Notes: generated by a model from the letters alone, not told the origin. Positions 29,401-39,021 are shown, numbered from the stretch's first letter. The stretch is DNA of 64,000 nt from an uncultured Verrucomicrobiae bacterium (GCA_963793435.1 CAWCAA010000002.1:151813-215812); one strand, 5' to 3'. Numbers and translations: made by a program.

Positions 29401-30046
29401 CCTGCGTGTTCAGACGCAGCCCGTTGGATTCAATCCCGAGCCGGGCGGATTTCGCCGAGGGCAACTGGTAGCTGCCATCCTTGCCCACGGCCTTCTCCGT
29501 TTTCGATACCACCGGGAATTTGTCCCGGTTGGAAATTCCTGAAAGCTCGAACCGCCCGATCCCGACCGTGGCCGTTCCATCCGTGAATGTTTCCGGAAGT
29601 GTCTCGGAAAATTCTTTTCCACCCGCGGTCTTGCCCCGAACTGTGAGTCCCTTGAGATCCGCATATCCATGGTAGTGCCAGGAGCTTTTCCACGCCGCGA
29701 TGGCGATTGCTTCACCAGCTTCCAGACGGATCTCCTGCAGGGCATCCTCCGTGCCGAAATCCACATCCATTTTCTCATCCGTCCCCTCCGCCAGCACATC
29801 GAGCCTCGCCGGTGCGCGCCGGACTTTCAACGTGAGCGGAAGTTTTGCCATGTCTCCCGCATCCAGCACGAGGTGATTGAGCAAAGGAAGATTGATGGCA
29901 AGGGAAGCGGGCTTCGAGTGGCTCGCAAAAGTATCCGCCCCGGGCAGAATCATCGGCTTTACCTCAATGGTCGTCGTCTCCGCCCCGGCGACGGGCAGGA
30001 AGAACAAAAATAGTGCGGATGGAAGCAATTTCGATAGCTTTGGCAT
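26492..30046 (-). CDS. Large secreted protein with a clan GH-A-like (TIM-barrel glycoside hydrolase) core
   Basis: Start trimmed to MPKLSKLLPSALFLFFLPVAGA (signal peptide). Contains GFNAVRVWF, NPYTGTRYAEEESIALIEINNE (candidate acid/base NE) and LTVVYETG (candidate nucleophile). The family assignment is tentative. Confidence 0.55.
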   Translation of the reverse strand: MPKLSKLLPSALFLFFLPVAGAETTTIEVKPMILPGADTFASHSKPASLAINLPLLNHLVLDAGDMAKLPLTLKVRRAPARLDVLAEGTDEKMDVDFGTEDALQEIRLEAGEAIAIAAWKSSWHYHGYADLKGLTVRGKTAGGKEFSETLPETFTDGTATVGIGRFELSGISNRDKFPVVSKTEKAVGKDGSYQLPSAKSARLGIESNGLRLNTQGKAGFKDAASDWAPALCFYASEDCTLSLGGTLQVRSGKGGQTMSYVVGRLMPAGPSLAGKSIVFESNGEQAAVHKFGDSPPEVAEITLDLAEPARKWLAEGQDEAELIAMVEPGTVVSFEKYSSAELEMVSHPKHVLFENGITPQPGIFAQHRDGKLYYGDKPLRLWSTVKDGSGERFRALGFNAVRVWFQEDFYNKESAVKGIAAGAVKGDGSKLDRFDRFMADLRENGLFVMFGTTIGRGMPTEALLRDDSWIAGGEDWKEWKAAVKKDDNPSFDYIDERLWKVRLRHAKNVLDHRNPYTGTRYAEEESIALIEINNERALIVRWLENGFDKWPEYFREKLEKKWSTWLLSKYKTDAALKNAWGKTGANESLAGGKFALSPTRSEMKKFPEQRGHDLVEFLIDLVDAKNREYVAHCRALAPAGTGSAVVPFSYDSQYKPSLPWLHSNALGDTSTVAMYFWGNGSSLNTPPKVYLLDSHSAADKLTVVYETGRSRPSPYRSEYPYMLAVLSAWQDFDVVSWHGNWMGTASPEQLLVGTAQPPTSHYWTGVHLEHDPTLSSSVALAGLLYRNASVEEAPDPIVFQMGKESSEGYRNWNGLTSTEMTALTFSRGTRIAFDTETSGGYLNPGGDPREAVTETKQAVRTGENVLWDWKNGALIIDSPSAKAYIGSAIPSYQFKGGITLSGLGTEWIAFCMASADGKPLLGENATKRALISAVHSSANTGFDYDWSVSGNPADMAKAVKNPGHAPVLTDRVPYTLSFPEGFSGSWNTYDFAMRKTSGTALTDRNTIRHRGETPWMAEIVFDRRDGKREVETDAMSALEKNGTEESTGEKPSASLAGIANPVSGLSWADTFARSLELLQKDNPSANAVEGKRIELPELKGIFEAPVQAEIVFKEGRMREILFTLKQGSEFGEIVKTLTGKYGDPTSKKIAKEAYDESRVTWTHGGQGITATEVQGVIRISHVLE

Positions 30047-30128
30047 CCGTTCACAGTGCACAAACATGCGCCGCACGACAAAGCGATTTTTATCGGACAA
30101 CGCCCGGTATGGCGCGGAAAATGGCAGC

Positions 30129-31669
30129 TCACTGGCCGATCCCGATATCCTCAGCCCGTGACAGTTCCAGGATCGTTTCTTCCGGTAGCACGAAGTCCGC
30201 GATCACCAGCTCGTCGATCTGCATGGGAATGGTCCCGGGAGGGCTGCCATCCACTTCGAAGTATCCGATGACAAGCTGCCTCCAGTTTTCCGAATGGGGG
30301 CGGGTGAGCACGGGCCCTTATTTACCAATGCGGATTCGGGCATCCTGTTGCCATCAAGGTAGTGGATGATTTCCGGTGCACCGTCGATTTCCTCTCCAGT
30401 GAAGACGGCTGCCAGATGGTGCCACCGCCCGTCGAAGAGGCTGGTTCCTTTTGCCATGTGGGAGACGTTCCAGGAGCCGCCCCAGTTCGAGGCGAAATGG
30501 GAGCCGCGCCCCGTGGTATTGAGCTGCCATTTTCCCGACTCCAGCCTGTCGTTCCCCCAGCTCAGGACGGGTGGGTTCCGGTGTCCGGTTTCATCCCAAG
30601 GTATCTCCAGCATGTCCTTTTTCTGAAACCAGAACGCGACCGTTCGCGGGGAACTCCCCAGCGGGCACCGGTAGCTCGATGCCGCGAAAGTTCCCTTTGC
30701 ACCGAGATCCAGCGCCATGCCTTTCGCACCTGCGGTAAACTCTGCCTCGGCATTGCCTTTCAGCGCCTCCACGGTGATCAACGCATTCGCGCCGGAGCTC
30801 GTGCGTGCTTCGAGTGGTTCCTCACCATCAAAAGACCAATGGGCGATCCGTTTCCGTGGGGAGAGGTTTTTACTGAATTTCCCCGAATCGAACTCAGCAG
30901 GCTTCAGATAACCCACGGCGTTCGATCCCATAGCCGTACCTTTCCGCAGCTCGTGGGTTTCCTGGTTCGGCAGACGCGACTCCACACGCACCCGCCCAGA
31001 GGTGACGTGAACTTCGGCACCCATGCGGGCGGTCACGACCCCGAAGGAAGTTCCCAGATCGACGACCCGCAATGTCTTGGTAAGCACGGAAAATCCCTCG
31101 TCGGCCTTCTCAACATCGAACCATCCCTGCCCTTCCTCAAGCTCCACCTCCATGCGGCTACGAATTACCAGGGTGGCCGGGGCATCCAGCCAGACCGAGG
31201 TGCCGGAAGAGAAATCCAAACGCACCGTTCCCCGCTCCACAACCATACGCGAGTCTTTCGTGAAATCCCTTTTCTCAGCGATCCCGCCGGCCTCGAAGCT
31301 CCACTGCGCTTTTTCAGACCCGCGAACCAGCGCGCGAGGGGGAGGCTTCACCACGAAGAGGGAGAGCACCACCCCGGCCAAAACCAGAAGGGCCGCAGCG
31401 GCAAAGACGGGCACGCCGATCCGCCAGGCTTGCGATCGACGTTGGATGGGCCAGGCATCCTCTTCCATCAGGCGCTGGCGATCCACGGCCTCCGTGTGGA
31501 GGGCTGCGGCGAAGAGCATGTGCTCGCAGTATGCTTCCCTCACCTCCGGGGAAACCCTCAGAAGCTGCGTCAGGCGGTCGCGCTCCTTGCGGCTTGCGAC
31601 ACCGTCTTCCAAGGCCTGGAAGAGTGTTTCCAGTTCCTTGGGTTTCGGGATTTGTGGGAAACCGCTCAT
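30129..31669 (-). CDS. FecR-like anti-sigma factor with a C-terminal LamG/concanavalin-like domain (1-nt frameshift near 30311-30316)
   Basis: Single TM helix (IGVPVFAAAALLVLAGVVLSLFVV) and a FecR-type beta region. The LamG tail continues in ORF 30129-30311 (VLTRPHSENWRQLVIGYFEVDG...IDELVIADFVLPEE) once one C is added to the GGGCCC run. ATGA overlap with the sigma gene. Confidence 0.75.
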
Positions 31670-32196
31670 GATGGCCGGCCTTTCATTTCCGCCTGGATGC
31701 AGCGCTTCAGTCCCGCCCGGAGCCGGAACAGGGTGACCTTGATGTTCGACAGTGAAAGCCCGGTGATCGCACAGAAATCCTGTAGCCGCTGGTTTTTCCA
31801 ATACCTGCGCAGAAGCATGTCGCGTTCCGCTTCCCCCAATTTCCCGAGACAGGTTTTCAATGCCAGAAGCCTCTGCTCTTCCCGTTCCGGATCAAGGCGG
31901 GTTTCCAGTTCGTTGGCCATCAGTTCGGCAGTGGTGTCATCCAGAGTCACCCAGCGCTGGCGGCGGGCGGTTTTCAGGTGGGCCATCACCTGGAAGCGTG
32001 CGATCCGAAGCGCCCAGGCTTTGAAATTCGTGCCCAGCTCGAAGTCTTTCCGCTTCGTCCACAGCACCTGGTTGGCTTCCTGTATCACATCGTCCGCGCC
32101 CGGCACGCCCGGCATCAGGGAAATCACGAAACCGCGCACCATCGACTGATGGTTCGCCAGCAACGCCACGTATTCCCTTTCCTCTTCCTCGTCCAT
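31666..32196 (-). CDS. ECF-type RNA polymerase sigma-70 family factor
   Basis: 176 aa. Region 2 (DDVIQEANQVLWTKRKDF...FKAWALRIARFQV) and region 4 (RYWKNQRLQDFCAITGLSLSNIKVTLFRLR). Confidence 0.85.
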   Translation of the reverse strand: MDEEEEREYVALLANHQSMVRGFVISLMPGVPGADDVIQEANQVLWTKRKDFELGTNFKAWALRIARFQVMAHLKTARRQRWVTLDDTTAELMANELETRLDPEREEQRLLALKTCLGKLGEAERDMLLRRYWKNQRLQDFCAITGLSLSNIKVTLFRLRAGLKRCIQAEMKGRPS

Positions 32197-32336
32197 TCGC
32201 TGTTGGGAAATAGCGCGGGCTGGATTCCGTTACAAGAATCCATCCCGAATCCCGACAACCGCTAAAAAGTTTCAGAAAATCCGTAACCGATTCCAAGAAC
32301 GACTATTCCCCAAGGAATCCCAGAAACTTCAACCAC

Positions 32337-33077
32337 ATGAAACTCACAAATAGCCTACTCCTCCTTAGTTTTCTTTCCACAGCCACCAGCCAGGCAGCTT
32401 TCACGCTTGTGAATGACTTTGATTCCGGTATCGGAAGCTGGGATAATAGCTCGGCGCAAAACTCGAACATCAGCAACCCTTTAACAACCGCAACTTTCGG
32501 ATCAGGTTCAAACTACGTCGATCTGTCCGATGCGAGCACTGGTGGTTTCGGTTATGAAGCATCCGGCAACGCCGGTTTCAATGCACTTGGTACAAGTGGA
32601 ACACTGGCTTTTGAATACCTTGCACCGAACGAAGATTGGTTCTTCAGCATAGGTCAGAGCGCATTTTCCTCCAACCGCGCATTTACGCTCACCCCAACCG
32701 ATCTTTTTACCACCCTCAACCTCTCGACGGATACGGCGTATCAGGTTTCATTCCTATACAACATCTCCGGTGGCAGCCTGACTTACGACGACCCCAGAAC
32801 GGCGGGATCATCAGACGGAACGCTGGCCAATGATACGGGAACGGTTTTTTTCCAAGAAAGGGGATCCTCGACAATCGTGAAAAGCGACGATCTTGCGCGT
32901 AACGGCACTGTCAGTCTTGAAGGTTTATGGTTTACCAAAACCGGGAGCGGAACCAGCTCCACGCAGCTCGACAACCTGCAACAATCAACCTCTCTGGAGG
33001 TGCTCGTTATCCCCGAGCCTTCCACCGCACTCCTCGGAGCGCTCGGTGCTCTCGCCCTGCTCCGCCGCCGCAGGTAG
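32337..33077 (+). CDS. PEP-CTERM sorting-domain protein
   Basis: Signal peptide, and a C-terminal VIPEPSTALLGALGALALLRRRR. Confidence 0.85.
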   Translation: MKLTNSLLLLSFLSTATSQAAFTLVNDFDSGIGSWDNSSAQNSNISNPLTTATFGSGSNYVDLSDASTGGFGYEASGNAGFNALGTSGTLAFEYLAPNEDWFFSIGQSAFSSNRAFTLTPTDLFTTLNLSTDTAYQVSFLYNISGGSLTYDDPRTAGSSDGTLANDTGTVFFQERGSSTIVKSDDLARNGTVSLEGLWFTKTGSGTSSTQLDNLQQSTSLEVLVIPEPSTALLGALGALALLRRRR

Positions 33078-33091
33078 TGGCAGCAATTCTC

Positions 33092-33125
33092 AAAGGCCGG
33101 GGGATTATCCTCCGGCCTTTTCCTT
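33092..33125. terminator. Hairpin between convergent genes (possible bidirectional terminator)
   Basis: aaaggccgg (33092-33100) pairs with ccggccttt (33112-33120), followed by a short T-rich stretch. Confidence 0.4.
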
Positions 33126-33129
33126 GCCC

Positions 33130-33705
33130 TTATTTCGGAAACGGGCGGCTCAGAAACCGAGAACCCGTCTTTCCGAAACGCCATGGGAGATCCGCCGCTT
33201 TGGAAATGCCGATACGCGGGCCGGTGGCGATTCCCGCGCTCTCTCCCCGGAAGATTCCCCGATCCGCTTTCCCAAGAAACGGCTTTCCATGATCGGCTCT
33301 CCCGATGCCGAGCGCCTTGGTAAGTTTGCCGGGGCCGGAGGTGAGGTTGGTGTCCTTCATCGCGCCACGGCGGGCGCGCATTTCTTCGAGTCCATCGACA
33401 GGCTCCAATGCGCGGATCAGCACAAAGCCCTCGTGCTCCCCGCCTTTCACGACGATATTGAAAAGCCAATGGACGCCGTAGTTCAGATACACGTATGCAT
33501 CGCCCGGCGCACATTCCGAGACGAACTCCCGGACAGATGGCCGGAAAAACGTGTGGCACGCCTCATCGCCTATGGCGCGGTAGGCTTCGGTTTCCACAAT
33601 CCGCCCCGAGCATCCCTTCCAGCGGAAATGGCAGCCAATCAGTTCCCGGGCACATTCCACCGGATCCCGGGTGAAAAATTCCTGCCTAATTTCCTCCATG
33701 CACAA
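33130..33705 (-). CDS. mpg: DNA-3-methyladenine glycosylase (Mpg/AAG family)
   Basis: 191 aa. Contains FFTRDPVECARELIG, GRIVETEAY, D.ACH, GDAYVYLNYGVHWLFNIV, IRALEP and LTSGPGKLTKALGI. Confidence 0.85.
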   Translation of the reverse strand: MCMEEIRQEFFTRDPVECARELIGCHFRWKGCSGRIVETEAYRAIGDEACHTFFRPSVREFVSECAPGDAYVYLNYGVHWLFNIVVKGGEHEGFVLIRALEPVDGLEEMRARRGAMKDTNLTSGPGKLTKALGIGRADHGKPFLGKADRGIFRGESAGIATGPRIGISKAADLPWRFGKTGSRFLSRPFPK

Positions 33706-33836
33706 CCTCTAAGGCCGGATGAAATGCCTGTCCATACGCCTCTTTGTTGGAAAAATTTGTGACGATATTGGAGGTGCCCCTTTCCTGTAATGTGTAGTTT
33801 GGAGGAATATTGTTCCGCAGTAGGGAAAAACTCCCC

Positions 33837-34330
33837 ATGAACTCCCCAAAAAAGCGAGCCGGATGTCCGGCATTCGCACTCGTTGCGACCCTGACACTTA
33901 TGGTCTTGTTATCGTTCCCAGCGCCCGGAGCGCTGTCGCTATCGAGCGTCGAGCAGTGGCGCAGCGGGCAGGCGTTGGCGACTGCGCGGGCACTCGCCAA
34001 GGCGAAGATGGCGCTAGTGGCGGGGGTCGGGGAACACCAACGGGAAACGGGAGCTGAGAGAAGAATTTCCGCTTCAGGTGACCGGAGGCTCTCGGCTAAC
34101 GATACCTCCTTGGGGCATTGGATGGGTATTTTCGCATCGCGGGATGCCAACGATGAGGACTCGCGTCGGCGTTTTGGCATCGGTTGATTTCCGGAAATGA
34201 TGCACCGGTGGAAGATCCGGAGGCGGAGATTATACTGCTGCGCGGCGAGTTTTGTGAAGTCCGGTTCTTTCTATCCCGGAGGGAGGATGTGCCCCACGGG
34301 ACACGGGATACCATTACGTTTTCACAAACC
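33837..34330 (+). pseudogene. Decayed N-terminal fragment of a paralog of the downstream 1174-aa pilin-anchored protein
   Basis: MNSPKKRAGCPAFALVATLTLMVLLS...ARALAKAKMALVAGVGEHQ aligns with MKSDIPKKSTLPGFALVVTLTLMVLLS...ARANARLALTLAIAQLQEY of 34606-38130. Similarity continues across a stop/frameshift at 34184 (WLISGNDAP...AEIILLRGE versus WLVSGTDGQ...NESVELVGEG) and then is lost. Confidence 0.6.
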
Positions 34331-34359
34331 CTGATGCGCCTGATGCGCCGCAGTAGATC
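34318..34359 (+). repeat. Third copy of the TTTCACAAAC..TGATGCG...CAGTAGA motif (see 13995-14182)
   Basis: gttttcacaaaccctgatgcgcctgatgcgccgcagtagatc, with ctgatgcgcc duplicated. Lies ~250 nt upstream of the 1174-aa gene. Confidence 0.45.
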
Positions 34360-34605
34360 AACGCGCTTACAAGACGGCAGACCGCATCTTAAAGGATGAC
34401 AGCAACATCTGTGGGACGGGCCACCGGCACCGGCACGGACTACTGCTTTCAAACGATGGATTTCCTTAGAATGACGACCGCTCCTCTTTTCCAAAACGCT
34501 TCCCAGACTGCAAACACCTCTGTATTTTAGCTCCCAAGTCATGAATCCGAAAAAAAGACTTGAATGCCTGGAAATTTCGCAAATACTTTGTAAACACAGT
34601 ATGTT

Positions 34606-37600
34606 ATGAAAAGCGACATCCCAAAAAAATCCACCCTCCCCGGCTTCGCCCTTGTCGTCACCCTGACCCTGATGGTTCTCCTGTCCATCCTCGCCCTCGG
34701 TCTGCTGACCTTGTCAAGCACCACGCTGCGCTCCACCGGCCAGAGCCAGCAGCATTCCATAGCCCGCGCGAATGCGCGCCTCGCCCTCACCCTCGCCATC
34801 GCCCAACTCCAGGAATACACCGGCGATGACCGCCGGGTGACCGCCCCCGCCGACCAACTCTCCACCGGGGACGGTTCCAGCTCGGACGCCGCAATCGAAC
34901 AACGCCATTACACCGGCGTCTGGCGTAGCTGGGCCAATGGCTCCGATACCCGCCCCACACCGGAATTTCTCTCATGGCTCGTCTCCGGCACGGACGGGCA
35001 GACAACGGACAAGACGCTCGCTACCACTACTCTCGATGCGAATGAGAGCGTGGAACTGGTAGGGGAAGGCACCGTGGGGCAGCTTCCCGGCGGCAGTAAC
35101 GATGGCCACGTCCGCGTTCCCGTCGTCAAGCTTGAGGACAACGCCGGACGCATGGCCTGGTGGACCGGGGACAACGGCCAGAAAGCTGTCCTCGCCCTGC
35201 CCGATCCCAGCGCCCCGACAACCCTGGCCGAAGTTCGCGCCCGCCTCCAGGGCAGCCCGGACAATGCCCCGGAACTCAGCGAATTTGATGGGAAGAAACT
35301 CTTCGCAGCCTCACTCCCCAGCGACAAACTCGGTGCCCTCACCGGGTGGAACCAGGCCGCTCACATCTCCACTCCCATGGAGTCCCACAAAGCCCTTTTC
35401 CACGATCTTACCACCGCTTCCTCCGGCCTTCTGACCAATGTCCGCCGGGGAGGTTTTCGCAAAGACCTGTCCATGGAGCTTGAACGCGCAAGTTACAGCA
35501 ATGCCCCGGATCCCACCGCTTCCGCCCTCTACACGGTGAATGGCGAACCCGGCATCAACCTCCAGGAACTCTGGGAATACTACCAGCTCCCCAACCAGCT
35601 CGAAAACTCCACGGCTCCCTTCACTACCGGCGGCACCATCCCCTCCGGAACCGCCAGCCTCGTCATGGCTGGCAGCCCCGGTGATGTGGCAGAGGATCCC
35701 TTCCATTACTTCAAGATGCCCCTCATCATCAACTACCAGATCGTCTTCTCCCTGAAGGCCGAGAAGGAGCAGAAAGATGGCAACGATGTTTACCGTCTCT
35801 ACCTCGTCGCCGATCCCATTATCACGTTTTGGAATCCGCATGACGTCCCCCTCGTCGTCCCCTCCTCTACCTTCCTCTCCGTCAAGTATTTCCCCACCCC
35901 CTACAATCTCATCATCAGACCCAGCGGGAACGGCACGGATAACCAAGCCCGCATCTGCCCGATCGTTTCCACGGTCAGTGGATCCACCACCACCACCACG
36001 AAGGACAACAACTTCATGTCCCTCCGTTGTGGCACCGTACAACGCCTCGTCTTCCGCCCCGGTGAAGTCATCCAGGTTTCCCAGGCCGGAAATGACGAAG
36101 TCAAGACCACCTCCTTCGGCCATGAAATGCAGGGACGCTCCGGATTCAATTTCGGCGGCGGCGTGGCCAAACCTCTCAAGGACAAATTCGGAGCCGAAAT
36201 CGTTTTGAAAGACACCGCCTCGTTCCAATATGAGGCGGTAGCCAACGGCCTCACCGCCGGTAAAAGAAACGGCAGCGGCATGACTCTCTCCGGCAATGAC
36301 CACCACACCCGCCACTTCTCCCTCACCCACCACGAATACTACGTTGGCGCGGATCGCGGAAACGAAAACGTCAGCCTGGGTATTGGCGGGATGTATATCG
36401 ATTGGGACTTTGGCGACCGACGCCTGCAGCCCGGTGAAAGCCGGGGCGTGGATCAGAACGGCTCCAAACCGAAAAACAAACGGATGTTTGCCGACCAGCA
36501 CACTGACGTTTTCTCGCCCATCACTCTCGCCATGGGCCCCACTTACAAAGCCAATGAGATCCCTGGCAAAAAACCCATCATGCTTGTTTCGTATGTAGCC
36601 AAAACCGATGCCGGGGGAAAACGCAAAACAAGATCCATCCCCCGCCTGAACCCGCGGAACTTCCATGTCGACTTCTTCGATCTTTCCCCCGCAGAGCTTG
36701 ATCGCGTTCCCTACGAATACCAAATCGAGCCTCTCACCGACTGGATCAGCGAGAACCTCACCGCCACCACAACCGGAGCCGCCTTCTTCGGCGGAGGCAC
36801 CACCGCCGCCAACGGCGTCCCCCAGGTTACCACCCACAGCATTCCCCAGGAACCTCTCTACTCCCTCGCCGCCCTCCAGCATTCCTGCGCCAACGGGTTT
36901 CTCACACAGAAGCCGAAGAACGGCTATATCGCCCTTAACGCCCGGGAACCCCTACTCCCCATGATAGGCCACGCCATCGGGAACTCCCTCGCCCCCTCCT
37001 GTCTCCCGCCGGGAGAGGTGAAAGGTACCCTCCCGGACGGGCGTCCGCTCGCGGACCACTCCTACCTCGCCAACCTCGGCCTCTGGGATGACTGGTTCTT
37101 CTCCGGCATCGCTCCCCAGACAACCGCCGCCTTCACCACCAAGCGCACCCAGAAACAGGTCGCCACGGACTTTTTCTCCGGCACCAAAGACCTACCCGTC
37201 AGCCGTTACAAGCCCGCCCTCCGGGGTGAGGTCGCGGACGATATCGTCCAGAAGCTCCTCCCCGGTACGGAGCCGCCCCCGGCCTCCAGCGCCCTCACCG
37301 CATCCTACCTCCGTGTGGAAGGCCTCTTTAATGTCAATTCCACCTCCATCCAGGCCTGGAAAGCCATTCTCGCCGGCCTCAATTCCCAGGCCATCATCAC
37401 CCGCTCCGCAGACGGCAAATTGAAAATCCTTCCCGGAGCGAACATCGAGAACGTCCCCGTGGCCGCCATTCTCAGTCCGCTTGATATCGACGTGGATCAG
37501 GAAACCAGCCCCGGCCAGACCAACAGCCCCGGACAATGGGCCGGTCGCCGCGCCCTCACCGATGCCGAGCTCCAGACCTTATCGGAAGTCCTCGTCCGCG

Positions 37601-38130
37601 AAGTCAGGAAACGGGGGCCCTTCCTTTCCCTCGCGGATTTCGTCAACCGCCGCCCCGGTAATGACGAGAAATTCGCCAAACAAGGCGCCCTCCAGGCCGC
37701 CCTCGAGTCCACCACTCCCGCCACTCCCGGGGATCCCGAAGTCACCATCAATGCTCCCTGGGACGCTCCGCTCCGTACTGCAAACGGCAGCGCCGGAACC
37801 TTCGCCTTTGATGAAGCGGAAACAGGACCCAAATCAGCGGGCATTCCCGGTATCGTGGATCAGGCGGATCTCCTCACACCCATCGCCCCCTTCCTCTCCG
37901 TCCGCTCGGACTCGTTCATCATCCGTGCCTACGGGGATGCCCGTGACGCCGATAACAACATCGTCGCCCTCGCCTACTGTGAAGCCGTCGTCGAGCGGGA
38001 TCCCGACTACCTCTCACCCGTCGATTCTTCCGAAGTTCTTCCGGAAAACCTCACCAGCCCCACCAACCGGAAATTCGGCCGAAAATACCGTATCCGTTCT
38101 TTTCGATGGTTGAACCCGGAGGAAATCTGA
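34606..38130 (+). CDS. Large (1174 aa) protein with a pilin/PilX-like N-terminal hydrophobic anchor; resembles Verru_Chthon cassette protein A
   Basis: N-terminus KKSTLPGFALVVTLTLMVLLSILALGLLTLSS...ARANARLALTLAIAQLQ (PilX_N / GspK-like), followed by a long non-repetitive, probably beta-rich body. The link to TIGR02600 is from memory and needs an HMM check. Confidence 0.65.
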   Translation: MKSDIPKKSTLPGFALVVTLTLMVLLSILALGLLTLSSTTLRSTGQSQQHSIARANARLALTLAIAQLQEYTGDDRRVTAPADQLSTGDGSSSDAAIEQRHYTGVWRSWANGSDTRPTPEFLSWLVSGTDGQTTDKTLATTTLDANESVELVGEGTVGQLPGGSNDGHVRVPVVKLEDNAGRMAWWTGDNGQKAVLALPDPSAPTTLAEVRARLQGSPDNAPELSEFDGKKLFAASLPSDKLGALTGWNQAAHISTPMESHKALFHDLTTASSGLLTNVRRGGFRKDLSMELERASYSNAPDPTASALYTVNGEPGINLQELWEYYQLPNQLENSTAPFTTGGTIPSGTASLVMAGSPGDVAEDPFHYFKMPLIINYQIVFSLKAEKEQKDGNDVYRLYLVADPIITFWNPHDVPLVVPSSTFLSVKYFPTPYNLIIRPSGNGTDNQARICPIVSTVSGSTTTTTKDNNFMSLRCGTVQRLVFRPGEVIQVSQAGNDEVKTTSFGHEMQGRSGFNFGGGVAKPLKDKFGAEIVLKDTASFQYEAVANGLTAGKRNGSGMTLSGNDHHTRHFSLTHHEYYVGADRGNENVSLGIGGMYIDWDFGDRRLQPGESRGVDQNGSKPKNKRMFADQHTDVFSPITLAMGPTYKANEIPGKKPIMLVSYVAKTDAGGKRKTRSIPRLNPRNFHVDFFDLSPAELDRVPYEYQIEPLTDWISENLTATTTGAAFFGGGTTAANGVPQVTTHSIPQEPLYSLAALQHSCANGFLTQKPKNGYIALNAREPLLPMIGHAIGNSLAPSCLPPGEVKGTLPDGRPLADHSYLANLGLWDDWFFSGIAPQTTAAFTTKRTQKQVATDFFSGTKDLPVSRYKPALRGEVADDIVQKLLPGTEPPPASSALTASYLRVEGLFNVNSTSIQAWKAILAGLNSQAIITRSADGKLKILPGANIENVPVAAILSPLDIDVDQETSPGQTNSPGQWAGRRALTDAELQTLSEVLVREVRKRGPFLSLADFVNRRPGNDEKFAKQGALQAALESTTPATPGDPEVTINAPWDAPLRTANGSAGTFAFDEAETGPKSAGIPGIVDQADLLTPIAPFLSVRSDSFIIRAYGDARDADNNIVALAYCEAVVERDPDYLSPVDSSEVLPENLTSPTNRKFGRKYRIRSFRWLNPEEI

Positions 38131-38146
38131 TATCCCACTTCCCACC

Positions 38147-38800
38147 ATGCGCTTTCTTTTCATTATCCTCCTCGCCGCCCTCCCCGCTGCCGCCCAACAA
38201 GGAGGGGCGGATCCGAAAAAAACAACCATCCGTTTCGCCGCCCAGGTTCTCCCGCCGGGCATCACCGAGATCGAGATGGCTACCCCGGAAACACGCACCG
38301 AGAAATTCACCCTCCCCCTTCACAACCTGACCGATCCGCTCAACCCGCCCGCCCGCGCCTTCGTGCTCAAAGAGGCGGGTACCGAGCAATCCCTCGCCAC
38401 CATCACCCTCCCTCCCGCCGGTCAGAAATTCGTAATCCTCCTCGTCATCGGTGAAAAGCCCGGCTTCACCCCCGTCATCATCCCTGTGGACAGTGGCAAG
38501 TTCAAAGCTGACCAGGTTTACGCCTTCAATTCCTCCAAGAAAACCATCCTCGGAAAGGCCGGTGGCACCAAATTCGCCATCCCACCCGCCACCGGAACAA
38601 TCATCAAGCCCTCCGGCGCGGTCGATGGCCGTTATTACGACATCGCCCTCGCCCAGCGCGACGACACCGGAGACCGTCTGGTTTCAACCAACCGCTGGCC
38701 CGTCGCGGAAACCAGCCGCTCCTATCTCTTTTTCTACACCGACCCCACCACCCCCATCGTCCGCTTCCGCGCCTTCTCCGAACACGTCCCCACACAATAG
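38147..38800 (+). CDS. Secreted hypothetical protein, co-oriented 16 nt downstream of the 1174-aa gene
   Basis: Signal peptide MRFLFIILLAALPAAAQQ. 217 aa with good codon bias and no recognised motif. Confidence 0.6.
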   Translation: MRFLFIILLAALPAAAQQGGADPKKTTIRFAAQVLPPGITEIEMATPETRTEKFTLPLHNLTDPLNPPARAFVLKEAGTEQSLATITLPPAGQKFVILLVIGEKPGFTPVIIPVDSGKFKADQVYAFNSSKKTILGKAGGTKFAIPPATGTIIKPSGAVDGRYYDIALAQRDDTGDRLVSTNRWPVAETSRSYLFFYTDPTTPIVRFRAFSEHVPTQ

Positions 38801-39021
38801 TTGAAGCAGGCATCGAAACCCTAAGTCCAGGTGGCAGCGGATTTCGCTCCCCAAGGAACTGCTCATCATTTATTTCCGATGCAACCCTTGGAGTCTCAAA
38901 CCGACGGCCCAATACGGAGAAGTGCGCATCTTGCCGCTAGCAAAGAATCGGGCACGCTTAACCAGTCCCCCCCTTAGGAACGGCGCAGGAATAACTTTGG
39001 TCGTTTTCCGAATGCCTGAAA

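Noticed and set aside
30362-32149. 595-aa + strand ORF opposite the FecR and sigma genes.
   Set aside because: It is antisense to two genes with clear family motifs and has no motif of its own.
35311-36882. 523-aa minus-strand ORF inside the 1174-aa gene.
   Set aside because: It is an antisense shadow (G/E/V/D-rich). The + frame has the pilin-like N-terminus and consistent codon bias.
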